Below the pieces are notes generated by a model, which was given only the letters and a program-made list of their open reading frames with translations, searched no databases and was not told the DNA's origin. Below are positions 19,799 to 30,366 of a stretch of DNA of 57,578 nt, piece by piece. Position 1 is the stretch's first letter; every line of letters starts with the position of its first letter. Source of the stretch: Eubacteriales bacterium (lineage in GTDB: Bacteria; Bacillota; Clostridia; Oscillospirales; CAG-272); the NCBI GenBank assembly GCA_045654845.1, contig JAZOOB010000046.1:1-57578 (forward strand). Direction: 5' to 3'. The translations under genes and the position numbers were made by a program.

Positions 19799-21623
19799 AT
19801 ATTCTTTTTCTTGCGGCTTCTGCCTTTAGTCTGGTCGGCGTGTCGAGAATCTTTTTGCGGAGACGGATGTTTTTCGGGGTTACCTCGATAAGCTCGTCCT
19901 CGGCAATAAATTCGATAGCCTCTTCCAAGCTCATGCTCTTGGGCGTAATCAAGGTGAGCGCCTCGTCTGCACCCTTTGAACGAACGGCGGTGAGGTGCTT
20001 TTTCTTACATACGTTTACGCTTATATCTCCCTGCTTGGGATTTTCGCCTACTATCATTCCTTCGTATACGGGCACTGCCGCACCGATGAACAAAGGACCT
20101 CTGTCCTGTGTATAGTAAAGTCCGTAGCTCGTGGTTTCGCCCGTTTCACTTGCGACAAGTGAGCCCGTGAAGCGCACGTTTATATCACCCTTATAGGGCG
20201 CGTAGCACTCAAAGAGCGAGTTTAGGATTCCCTCGCCTCTCGTGTCGGTCATAAATTCGCTTCTGTAACCGAAAAGGCAACGGGTAGGAATGAGATAATA
20301 AAGTCTCTGTCTTGAGCCGCGAAGCTGCATATCAAGCAATTCGCCCTTTCTTGCGCCAAGCTTCTCCATTACAGAGCCCATATATTCCTCGGGCACGTCT
20401 ATCTCTACTCTTTCTATCGGCTCGTGTCTTACACCGTCTATATCCTTAAAGAGAACGTGAGGTGTCGAGCAGGCGAGCTCGTAGCCCTCTCTTCTCATAG
20501 TTTCTATAAGAATGGAAAGGTGCATTTCTCCGCGTCCTGCTACCTTGAAGCTCTCGGTGGTATCTCCGTCGCTCACACGAAGAGAAACGTCCTTTAAAAG
20601 CTCCTTATAAAGTCTTTCGCGAAGGTGACGGCTGGTGACGAACTTACCCTCTCTGCCTGCAAAGGGGCTATCGTTTACCGAGAAGGTCATCTCCATCGTC
20701 GGCTCGCTCACCTTGACGAATTCAAGGGGCTCTACTGCATTTGTAGAGGTAACCGTATCACCTATATTGATTTCCTCAGCGCCCGAGAAGCAGACGATAT
20801 CGCCCACCTTCGCCTCATCTACCTTCACTCTGTTAAGTCCGTCAAACTGATAGATAGAAACTATCTTTGCGCGCTTGCGATAGCTCTCGGAATGATAGTT
20901 CGAGATAGCTACCTCTTGGTTCACCTTCAAAGTACCTCTCTCTATACGGCCTATTCCTATTCTTCCGACGTAGTCGTTATAGTCGATAGCAGAAACGAGA
21001 AGCTGTAATTCTCCCTCGTCATCTCCTTCGGGGCAAGGAATGTATTCAAGAATAGTATCGAAAAGCGGCTTCAAGTCCGTGCCCTGCTCGTAGGGGGAAA
21101 GCGACGCTGTTCCCGCTCTTCCCGAGCAGAAAAGCATAGGAGAATCGAGCTGCTCATCGGTCGCGTCAAGGTCCATAAGAAGCTCGAGAACCTCCTCCTC
21201 AACCTCTTCAAGTCTCGCGTCGGGACGGTCTATCTTATTTACTACTACTATTACTCTATGATTGAGCGAGAGCGCCTTTTCGAGCACGAAGCGAGTCTGA
21301 GGCATAGGTCCTTCTGCCGCATCTACGAGCAGAATAACACCGTTTACCATTTTAAGAATACGCTCTACCTCGCCACCGAAATCGGCGTGTCCGGGGGTGT
21401 CTACTATATTTATCTTTACGTCACCGTAATGTACTGCTGTGTTTTTAGCAAGAATGGTAATTCCACGTTCCTTTTCTATCGCGTTATTATCCATTACTCT
21501 GTCTTCGGTCACCTGATTATCGCGATAAACGCCGCCCTGACGGAGCATCTCGTCTACCAAGGTGGTCTTTCCGTGGTCAACGTGCGCTATAATAGCGATA
21601 TTTCTCAAATCCGTACGCTTCAC
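19797..21623 (-). CDS. typA: translational GTPase TypA/BipA
   Basis: [17 protein letters not shown]1 motif and [11 protein letters not shown], with EF-G-like domains. I prefer the GTG at 21623, preceded by AAGAGGT. Confidence 0.95.
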   Translation of the reverse strand: MKRTDLRNIAIIAHVDHGKTTLVDEMLRQGGVYRDNQVTEDRVMDNNAIEKERGITILAKNTAVHYGDVKINIVDTPGHADFGGEVERILKMVNGVILLVDAAEGPMPQTRFVLEKALSLNHRVIVVVNKIDRPDARLEEVEEEVLELLMDLDATDEQLDSPMLFCSGRAGTASLSPYEQGTDLKPLFDTILEYIPCPEGDDEGELQLLVSAIDYNDYVGRIGIGRIERGTLKVNQEVAISNYHSESYRKRAKIVSIYQFDGLNRVKVDEAKVGDIVCFSGAEEINIGDTVTSTNAVEPLEFVKVSEPTMEMTFSVNDSPFAGREGKFVTSRHLRERLYKELLKDVSLRVSDGDTTESFKVAGRGEMHLSILIETMRREGYELACSTPHVLFKDIDGVRHEPIERVEIDVPEEYMGSVMEKLGARKGELLDMQLRGSRQRLYYLIPTRCLFGYRSEFMTDTRGEGILNSLFECYAPYKGDINVRFTGSLVASETGETTSYGLYYTQDRGPLFIGAAVPVYEGMIVGENPKQGDISVNVCKKKHLTAVRSKGADEALTLITPKSMSLEEAIEFIAEDELIEVTPKNIRLRKKILDTPTRLKAEAARKRI

Positions 21624-21782
21624 TCTTATTACCTCTTTTAATTTAAAATCTAACTTAACTATTATCAAAATCCAACCTACATATTATACCACATTTTTGG
21701 ATAATTACAATACTTTTCGCTAAAAAAAGACTTTATAGGTGCAAATTCCCTGCCCTTTACACAACATATTAGGCATAGGGTA

Positions 21783-21811
21783 TTGATTTTTTGATATAAC
21801 TGTGTTATAAT
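21783..21811 (+). promoter_or_regulatory. sigma-A type promoter with extended -10, upstream of the CNNM/CorC gene
   Basis: TTGATT at 21783-21788, a 17-nt spacer, then TGtTATAAT (TATAAT at 21806-21811). Confidence 0.55.
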
Positions 21812-22029
21812 ATTCTAAATTTGAGTTTTTCTCAAATTATATTAAGACAAACAAAAAGGAGTTGGTTTTGTGGATTCGCTTCCGCGAAGTAGAGAGTATA
21901 ACGTAATTATTACGCCTCTCAAAAAATTTAATGGTAGTTACGTCGATTGGTTACGCTTTTGGGTTTCGCGACTCAATTGATAACACAATTTTTTGTAAAA
22001 CTACTTTTTAAAACTTTTTTGGAGGATAT

Positions 22030-23361
22030 ATGAAATTATTTCAACAATTATTATTACAGCTTATACTTATACTTCTTAACGCATTTTTTGCGTCTGCCGA
22101 AATTGCTTTAATTTCACTTAATGAAACGAAATTGAAGGCGCACGCTGAGGACGGCGACAAAAAGGCGGCTAAAATACTTAAAATGGTGGAGGAGCCCACA
22201 AGATTCCTCTCGACTATACAGGTAGGAATCACACTGGCAGGATTCCTCGGCTCTGCATTCGCAGCCGAGAATTTCGCTGACAAACTTTCCGAATTTTTAA
22301 AGGGAACTTTTAATATTTCAAGTTCTTTTATAGACAATCTGTCGGTTGTACTTATCACCCTTATACTTTCATTCTTCACTCTCGTGTTCGGTGAACTTGT
22401 TCCGAAGCGCCTCGCTATGCGCCATAAAGACAAGCTGGCAAACTCGGTGTGTGGAATTATTTCCTTCCTTTCCGCTGTACTTCGCCCTATCGTATGGTTC
22501 TTGACGGTATCGACGAACTGCGTTCTTCGCATTCTCGGAATAGACCCCAAGGAAAAGGACGAGACAGTATCCGAAGAGGATATCGTTATTATGCTTGACG
22601 CGGGTGTAGATGAAGGACGCTTTGATGAAAACGACATTGAGTACATCAAAAACGTTTTCAAGCTCGACGGAATGTTCGCAAAGGACGTAATGACGCCCAG
22701 AAAATCTCTTTTGATGGTAGAAAAAAATGCCACAGACGAAGAGATTATGGAAATTATAGAAAACGAGGGATTCTCGAGAATTCCCGTCTATGATGACATA
22801 AGAGATAATATAATCGGTATTTTCCATTGTCGTGATTTCCTTTTGAATCACGCTAAACCCGACTTCAAGCTTGAGGACATTATGTTCTCTCCCGTTTTCG
22901 TACCCGAAGCGGCGAAGCTCGACGCTCTCTTTAAGGATATGCAGAAAGAACATCAGCATATCGTGGTAGTAATAAACGAGCACGGTGAGACCGCAGGTAT
23001 AGTCACTATGGAAGACATTCTTGAAGAAATAGTAGGCGAAATCTGGGACGAGACCGACGAAGCGGTAGAGGACATTTTACAGACGGGCGATAATACCTAT
23101 CGCGTACTCTGTACCACCGCAATCGAGTCCTTCTTTGAGTTCTTCTCTCTCCGTTTTGAAGAGGGAGCAACAGATGCGACGACGGTAAACGGCTGGATTA
23201 CCGAGCTTATCGGCAGTATTCCCGAACAGGGCTTCACCTTCGATTATGAAAACCTCTTCATTGAGGTAACTGTCGCAGACGATCTCATGGCTCACGAAAT
23301 CTCGGTCAAGATCAATGAGACGAAGGAAGAGGATGAAGAAAATGAGAAAGAGGAAGAATAA
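22030..23361 (+). CDS. CNNM/HlyC-CorC family transporter (DUF21-CBS pair-CorC_HlyC)
   Basis: 443 aa. N-terminal four-TM DUF21-like region (ASAEIALISL...GELVPKRLA), a CBS pair, then a C-terminal CorC/HlyC-like domain and an acidic tail. Confidence 0.88.
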   Translation: MKLFQQLLLQLILILLNAFFASAEIALISLNETKLKAHAEDGDKKAAKILKMVEEPTRFLSTIQVGITLAGFLGSAFAAENFADKLSEFLKGTFNISSSFIDNLSVVLITLILSFFTLVFGELVPKRLAMRHKDKLANSVCGIISFLSAVLRPIVWFLTVSTNCVLRILGIDPKEKDETVSEEDIVIMLDAGVDEGRFDENDIEYIKNVFKLDGMFAKDVMTPRKSLLMVEKNATDEEIMEIIENEGFSRIPVYDDIRDNIIGIFHCRDFLLNHAKPDFKLEDIMFSPVFVPEAAKLDALFKDMQKEHQHIVVVINEHGETAGIVTMEDILEEIVGEIWDETDEAVEDILQTGDNTYRVLCTTAIESFFEFFSLRFEEGATDATTVNGWITELIGSIPEQGFTFDYENLFIEVTVADDLMAHEISVKINETKEEDEENEKEEE

Positions 23362-23490
23362 TTTTTCTTCCATTTCATAAAAAACAAAAAATTCGCCGTG
23401 AAAACGGCTAATTTTTATTGAGGTTTTCTCTTAATATAAAGTCTTTTGGGAATTTATTTCATATTTTTTTGGAAAAAACATAAATAACTC

Positions 23491-23519
23491 TTGCATTTAG
23501 AGAAAATATATGTTATAAT
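23491..23519 (+). promoter_or_regulatory. sigma-A type promoter of rpmB
   Basis: TTGCAT at 23491-23496, a 17-nt spacer, then TGtTATAAT (TATAAT at 23514-23519). Confidence 0.55.
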
Positions 23520-23589
23520 AGTTTTCGTCAATTTATGATGTAAATAAAATATATAAATATCATTGCATCGATTCAGGAGGTGTCAAGAA

Positions 23590-23775
23590 ATGGCAAAGTG
23601 TTGTGTATGCGGTAAGAGCGTTGTTTTCGGACATAACGTTTCTCACTCCAACCGTAAGACTAACAGAACTTGGAAGCCCAACATTCGTAGAGTAAAGGCG
23701 GTTGTTGGAGGCTCTAAGCAGACAGTTAACGTATGTTCTCGCTGTCTTCGCGCAGGTAAGGTTGAGCGCGCTTAA
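23590..23775 (+). CDS. rpmB: 50S ribosomal protein L28
   Basis: MAKCCVCGKSVVFGHNVSHSNRKTNRTWKPNIRRVK. ATG at 23590 after AGGAGG. Confidence 0.93.
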   Translation: MAKCCVCGKSVVFGHNVSHSNRKTNRTWKPNIRRVKAVVGGSKQTVNVCSRCLRAGKVERA

Positions 23776-23787
23776 TCGAATGAAAAT

Positions 23788-23814
23788 CCACCAATCCTTT
23801 TTGGTGGTTTTTTC
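23788..23814 (+). terminator. intrinsic terminator after rpmB
   Basis: CCACCAA-TCCTTT-TTGGTGG followed by TTTTTT. Confidence 0.7.
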
Positions 23815-23832
23815 TTTTACGGGGGTATAAAA

Positions 23833-24546
23833 ATGGTATTGGCTCTTGTCGACTGCCGTTTAAGTGAAAAATGCCGTATAGCACTTCGCGACTATGGCTT
23901 TTTCGTTATACCCTTGCCCGCGTTTTCTGCGCTTGAAGAATCTATAAGGTCGCACCCCGACACGCTTCTCTGCCGTATGGGCAACAAGCTCATTTCTCAC
24001 GAAAAATATAAGGATGAGGCAAGGCGGGAATTTTCATTGATAGAAAAGCACCGCCCCGACCTTGAATTCATTTTTACCGACGAGAAAATGGGAAACAAGT
24101 ATCCAAGCGACGTCCTTTTTAATTGCGCGAAGGTGGGAAAAGAGCTTTTCGGCAGACTTGAATTCCTCTCCCGTTTCGTAAAAGAAGAAGCAGAGTCACT
24201 CGGCTATAAGCTAAATAACGTAAAGCAGGGGTACGCGGCTTGCTCCACGCTCGTTTTAGATGAAAAAAGCATTATAACCTCCGATATTTCTATATCAAAG
24301 GCGGCAGAGCGCTTGGGAATAGATACGCTTTTAATAGAAAGCGGTAGCATTTCGCTCCCCCAACACGACTACGGCTTTATAGGTGGCGCTTCTTGTGTCT
24401 ATTCCGACACCGTATTCTTTTTTGGTAATATAGACCTGCACCCGAATGAAAAAGTAATAAGAAATTTCATTGAAGAGAGAGGCAAAAAAGTGATCTCGCT
24501 TTCAGACGAAGGACTTTCGGATTTCGGTGGGGCTATATTCATATAA
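23833..24546 (+). CDS. conserved hypothetical protein, 237 aa
   Basis: Complete ORF with ordinary-looking composition. No catalytic motif recognised with confidence. Confidence 0.55.
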   Translation: MVLALVDCRLSEKCRIALRDYGFFVIPLPAFSALEESIRSHPDTLLCRMGNKLISHEKYKDEARREFSLIEKHRPDLEFIFTDEKMGNKYPSDVLFNCAKVGKELFGRLEFLSRFVKEEAESLGYKLNNVKQGYAACSTLVLDEKSIITSDISISKAAERLGIDTLLIESGSISLPQHDYGFIGGASCVYSDTVFFFGNIDLHPNEKVIRNFIEERGKKVISLSDEGLSDFGGAIFI

Positions 24547-25627
24547 TCTCCTCGCTACCTTTAAGCGAAAGACTCCCCTTCACCGTAACGGCTACAAGAG
24601 GTCCTATTATCATACCGAAGACACCGAAAAGGGAAAGTCCGAGATACATTGAAAAAAGAGTGAGTAGTGGGTGAATACCGAAATTAGCACCTACTATCTT
24701 CGGCTCTATTATCTGTCGTGTGACGGTTATTATAAGATATATCACCACAAGCCCGATACCGAGCTTTAAATTCCCTGTGGCGAAGGAAATGACACTCCAA
24801 GGTATAAGAATACTACCCACACCCAAAACGGGCAGAAAATCCACCAAGGCGCACACAAGAGAGATAATAAAGGTATATTTTATTTTCAGTATAAAAAATC
24901 CGATAAGAAGCAAAGAAAAGACTATCAGGGTAATAGTAAGGTAGGATCTCAAATATTTCAAGCCGGTTATAAAAAGCTTGTTTTTAGTCTGCTTTCCTAC
25001 GGTCTGCCATTTTTTTGGCAGGATAGAAAGCACACCTTGATTTACGTTTTTTAAATCCATACTGAAATAAAATGCGGATATAACAGAAACGAAAGTAAAT
25101 ATCAATACGCGCGGAAGAACCAGAATGAATCTTCCTATTATTTTAGAAGCCCCCGATATAAACGCGCTTGCGCCCTTCTCCACTATCCCGACGACGTATT
25201 CGTCAAAAAAAGAATTTCCCGTGTCTCTGTTTTTCGTATCGAATATCTGAAAACGAACGCGAAAAGCGTCTATCTTATCTTTTATAGAGGCTATTCCGTC
25301 GCTTATAATAAACGGATTTTCTTCAAGACGATAAACAAGTGCTTTTATTTCGCTTATCGCCTGACTCACTAACAAAAAAATTACCGAGCCAAGAAGAAAA
25401 AAAGCGAGCAAAACCAAGATGAAGTTAAGAAGCTTTTTTGACAGGCGAGTTTTTTTATGCAGATATTCCGACGCAGGACGGATAAGAAAAGCTATCCCCC
25501 AAGCAATCAGAAAGGGCAATATTGCAAACAAAAGATATTTGAAGGCGAGGTACAAAACGGCGGCGACGCCCACAAAACAGATAAGCATTGAAGCATATCT
25601 TACAAAATCGATCCTTTTAAAATCCAT
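24539..25627 (-). CDS. AI-2E family transporter (YtvI-like sporulation membrane protein)
   Basis: 362 aa polytopic protein with VDFLPVLGVGSILIPW and IIEPKIVG motifs, characteristic of the AI-2E/PerM family. Confidence 0.8.
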   Translation of the reverse strand: MDFKRIDFVRYASMLICFVGVAAVLYLAFKYLLFAILPFLIAWGIAFLIRPASEYLHKKTRLSKKLLNFILVLLAFFLLGSVIFLLVSQAISEIKALVYRLEENPFIISDGIASIKDKIDAFRVRFQIFDTKNRDTGNSFFDEYVVGIVEKGASAFISGASKIIGRFILVLPRVLIFTFVSVISAFYFSMDLKNVNQGVLSILPKKWQTVGKQTKNKLFITGLKYLRSYLTITLIVFSLLLIGFFILKIKYTFIISLVCALVDFLPVLGVGSILIPWSVISFATGNLKLGIGLVVIYLIITVTRQIIEPKIVGANFGIHPLLTLFSMYLGLSLFGVFGMIIGPLVAVTVKGSLSLKGSEEII

Positions 25628-25697
25628 ATTTCCCCCTCGCGTAATTTTATAATAGTATATTCATTTTAGTATATAAATATTTAAAGGAGAAAAGAAA

Positions 25698-26171
25698 ATG
25701 GTAGTTATTGAAATGGAAAACGGCAAAAAAATAAAAATCGAGCTCTACCCCGAAATCGCACCCAAGACTGTCGCGAATTTTGAGAAGCTCGTAAAGGAAG
25801 GCTTCTATGACGGACTTACCTTCCACCGCGTAATTCCCGGATTTATGATTCAGGGTGGCGACCCTCTCGGAAACGGAATGGGTGGCTCTGACGAAGAGAT
25901 ATTCGGCGAATTCGCTATAAACGGCTTTGATAATAAGCTGAAGCACACAAGAGGCGTTATCTCTATGGCGCGCTCGAGAATGCCTAACTCGGCATCGTCT
26001 CAGTTCTTCATTATGCACGAGGACGCACCCCATCTCGACGGCTCTTATGCCGCTTTTGGCAAGGTTGTCGAAGGTATTGAGGTAGTAGACGAAATAGCTT
26101 CTATCCCCACCGATTTTTCCGACAGACCGAAGATCCGCGTGGCTATGAAGAGCGTAACCATTGAAGACTAA
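25698..26171 (+). CDS. ppiB: peptidyl-prolyl cis-trans isomerase, cyclophilin type
   Basis: FHRVIPGFMIQGGDP and SQFFI motifs. Confidence 0.93.
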   Translation: MVVIEMENGKKIKIELYPEIAPKTVANFEKLVKEGFYDGLTFHRVIPGFMIQGGDPLGNGMGGSDEEIFGEFAINGFDNKLKHTRGVISMARSRMPNSASSQFFIMHEDAPHLDGSYAAFGKVVEGIEVVDEIASIPTDFSDRPKIRVAMKSVTIED

Positions 26172-26184
26172 TTAAAAAGCAAGC

Positions 26185-26214
26185 AAAAAACCGTAGCGAT
26201 GCTACGGTTTTTTT
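26185..26214. terminator. bidirectional intrinsic terminator between ppiB and obg
   Basis: AAAAAA-CCGTAGC-GAT-GCTACGG-TTTTTTT. Confidence 0.75.
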
Positions 26215-26217
26215 GTT

Positions 26218-27507
<1,290 letters not shown>

Positions 27508-27531
27508 TCACTTCCTTTTTGCAAAAAGGCT

Positions 27532-28866
27532 TTATTTTTCGTTTTCCTCGCCACGCTGTCTTATAATCATCTTAACGGGCGTTCCCTTAAAGCCGAACAC
27601 CTCTCTTATGCAGTTTTCTATATATCTCTGATAAGAGAAATGGAACAATTCTGCGCTATTGCAGAATATTACGAACGAAGGGGGAGCTATCGACGCCTGA
27701 GTCATATAATAGAGCTTCAAGCGCTTACCCTTATCCGAGGGGGGCTGATGGCGAGTCGTCGCATCGTTTAAGAGGTCGTTGAGCATACCTGTCGTAATAC
27801 GGCGACGGGATTCAGCATATACCGAGTTTATAAGCTCGTAAATATTGGTTATTCTCTGTCCTGTCAATGCAGAAACGTAGATGATAGGCGCGTACGTCAT
27901 ATAAGAAAGCGCCGTCTTTATCCTGTTATTGAAGGCATTTACGGTATTATTATCCTTTTCGATAAGGTCCCACTTATTGACTATGATAATAGATGCCTTG
28001 CCTGCCTCGTGAGCAATACCTGCAATTCTCTCGTCCTGCTCGGTAATTCCCTCCTGCGCGTCTATCATAATAAGACATACGTCGGCTCTTTCTACCGCCA
28101 TATGCGCGCGAAGCACGCTGAATTTCTCAAGCTTGTCCTCTATCTTACTCTGACGGCGTATTCCTGCCGTATCTATGAAGTTATATACTCCATAAGGATT
28201 TTCTACGATAGAGTCTACCGCGTCTCTTGTCGTGCCGGGGATATTGGATACTATGTGGCGCTCTTCACCGAGCATTCTGTTTATTATAGAGGATTTGCCC
28301 GCATTAGGCTTTCCTATAACCGCTACGTTTATAATGCCCTCGTGCTCTTCTTCCTGCATATCGGCAGGTACTTCCTCTAATATAGCGTCGAGAAGGTCAC
28401 CCGTACCTGTTCCGTGAAGCGAGGAAAGCGCAATAGGCTCACGCTCAAATCCAAGCTCATAGAATTCATAGAATTCGGGGGGTACTTGTCCTACCCTGTC
28501 CGACTTATTTACACAGAGGATTATGGGCTTGCCACTCTTTTTAAGCATCACTGCTATGTCTCTGTCGTCGGCAAGAAGTCCTGCTCTTATGTCGCAAAGA
28601 AAGATTATAACGTCGGCAGAGTCTATGGCAAGCTGTGCCTGCACTCTCATCTGCTTCAGAATAATATCGTCGGTCTTGGTCTCTATACCACCCGTATCGA
28701 TAAGAATAAATCTTCTTCCGCACCATTCTCCCTCTCCGTAGATTCTGTCTCTGGTAACACCGGGGGTGTCCTCTACTATCGAACGGCGCTCGCCTATTAT
28801 TTTATTGAATAACGTGCTTTTTCCCACGTTTGGTCTGCCTACTATGGCTACTATCGGTTTTCCCAT
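27532..28866 (-). CDS. der: ribosome biogenesis GTPase Der/EngA
   Basis: Two GTPase domains (GRPNVGKSTLFN and GKPNAGKSSIIN) plus a KH-like C-terminus. I prefer the ATG at 28866, 10 nt after the upstream stop. Confidence 0.95.
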   Translation of the reverse strand: MGKPIVAIVGRPNVGKSTLFNKIIGERRSIVEDTPGVTRDRIYGEGEWCGRRFILIDTGGIETKTDDIILKQMRVQAQLAIDSADVIIFLCDIRAGLLADDRDIAVMLKKSGKPIILCVNKSDRVGQVPPEFYEFYELGFEREPIALSSLHGTGTGDLLDAILEEVPADMQEEEHEGIINVAVIGKPNAGKSSIINRMLGEERHIVSNIPGTTRDAVDSIVENPYGVYNFIDTAGIRRQSKIEDKLEKFSVLRAHMAVERADVCLIMIDAQEGITEQDERIAGIAHEAGKASIIIVNKWDLIEKDNNTVNAFNNRIKTALSYMTYAPIIYVSALTGQRITNIYELINSVYAESRRRITTGMLNDLLNDATTRHQPPSDKGKRLKLYYMTQASIAPPSFVIFCNSAELFHFSYQRYIENCIREVFGFKGTPVKMIIRQRGEENEK

Positions 28867-28876
28867 TTTCTTCGCC

Positions 28877-30190
28877 TCACTCTCTACATAAAATTGCTGA
28901 TACAAAGGAATATCCGTCGTTTTCTGTCGGAATTACGTCGACACCGAGTTTTTCTTTCAGCTCGTCAACACTCATTCCGCAAAGGAAGAGGTCTTTTTCG
29001 TGTCTTAACGCATTTGCGGGTATCAAGAGCCTTTTACCTAGCTCTTTTCCCTCAAGCTGCTCGGAAATATCCTTTCCCGTAAGAAGTCCTGCTACGGTGA
29101 TATTTTCCCCAAAATAATTGTTCTTTATAGGATAAACGTGAATCTTTATCTCAGAAAATGCTTTTTTAAGTATCTCACACATTTCACTCACGTGATCATA
29201 CGCCGCGTATCCTGTGGCAATAGAAATCTCAAACGAGGTGTTTGGCTCTTCGCCGTATTTTTTCATTTCGGAAAGCTCAAAGTCGAACTCGTCACGAAGT
29301 GAGCGAAGCATTCCGACTCCGTTTTCTATCTGGCTGTATTCCTCGTAATATTCCGCGTCGGGAATTTCAAGCTCGCCCTTTATATAGAACTCGTCTGCCG
29401 CAAAAAACAGTCTGCTTCCGTTTTCACGCTTAAAGCTCTCGGCAAAGGCGTCTATCTGCGAAATGACCTCTCTGCACTCCTCGCGAGAAAAGGCGGAAAG
29501 CGGATACAATCCGTCTCTGTGGTCGGTAAGACCTGCGGGCACGACGGAAACACTTTCAAGCGCGGGATAGAGGCGGGCAAGGTCGTGCATCGACCTGTCG
29601 AGCTCCTCTTTATCGTTTACACCTCGGCAGAGCACTATCTGTCCGTGCATTTTAATTTTCGCCTCGGCTAATCTATCGAGATAGGAAAGCACCTCGCCTG
29701 CGCGCTTATTTTTCATCATAGAAACGCGAAGCTCGGGATTCGTGGTATGTATCGACACGTTTATGGGGGAAAAGCGCATTTTTATAATACGCTCAATATC
29801 CTTGTCGACTAAATTCGTCAGGGTAATATAATTGCCGTGCAGAAAGGAAAGACGCGAATCGTCGTCCTTAAAATAGAGTGTTTCTCTCATCCCCTTCGGT
29901 AGCTGGTCAATGAAGCAGAATATACACTTGTTTTTACAGGACTGCTTTTTGTCCATTAAGGGTGTCTCAAAAACCAGACCTATATCGTCGTAGGTATCCT
30001 TCTTTATCTTCACAGAAAGGTTTTTTTCACCTCTTTTAAGAGAAAGGACTACCTTCTTCTCCGCAAGATAGAAGCGGTAATCAAGGACGTCGTTTATTTC
30101 ATTGTCATTTATAGCGAGCAAGAGGTCAGACTCTTTTATTCCCGCTTTTTTAGCAAGGGAATGCTTTTCCACTTCGACTATCCTTACCAT
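28877..30190 (-). CDS. PDZ/radical-SAM-like/DUF512 protein (TIGR03279-like)
   Basis: N-terminal PDZ-like segment (LAKKAGIKESDLLLAINDNEINDVLDYRFYL) and a CKNKCIFC motif (CxxxCxxC). Its position upstream of der is the arrangement I recall for this family in Clostridia. Confidence 0.72.
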   Translation of the reverse strand: MVRIVEVEKHSLAKKAGIKESDLLLAINDNEINDVLDYRFYLAEKKVVLSLKRGEKNLSVKIKKDTYDDIGLVFETPLMDKKQSCKNKCIFCFIDQLPKGMRETLYFKDDDSRLSFLHGNYITLTNLVDKDIERIIKMRFSPINVSIHTTNPELRVSMMKNKRAGEVLSYLDRLAEAKIKMHGQIVLCRGVNDKEELDRSMHDLARLYPALESVSVVPAGLTDHRDGLYPLSAFSREECREVISQIDAFAESFKRENGSRLFFAADEFYIKGELEIPDAEYYEEYSQIENGVGMLRSLRDEFDFELSEMKKYGEEPNTSFEISIATGYAAYDHVSEMCEILKKAFSEIKIHVYPIKNNYFGENITVAGLLTGKDISEQLEGKELGKRLLIPANALRHEKDLFLCGMSVDELKEKLGVDVIPTENDGYSFVSAILCRE

Positions 30191-30310
30191 AACTACTCCA
30201 TTTTCATAAAATACGCATTTTTGCGCTACGTTTTACTGCAAAGCAAAATTTTCCTTCTTACATTATAGCATACAATAACGTATAATGCAAATTTTTTGAA
30301 TACTTTTTAC

Positions 30311-30343
30311 AAAAAAAGGCGGAGAAATTGAAATTCTCCGCCC
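30311..30343 (-). terminator. intrinsic terminator after beta-helix paralog 1
   Basis: Minus-strand GGCGGAGAA-(7 nt loop)-TTCTCCGCC followed by TTTTTTT. Confidence 0.72.
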
Positions 30344-30366
30344 TTTTCGGTCGTTTTTTATTTAAA

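Noticed and set aside
21818-22029. Possibility that the CNNM leader is an M-box, yybP-ykoY or other known metal riboswitch.
   Set aside because: I could not find the conserved cores of those classes by eye. It is kept only as an unclassified structured-leader candidate.
22041-22983. Minus-strand ORFs of 230 and 204 aa.
   Set aside because: They are antisense to the well-supported CNNM/CorC transporter gene.
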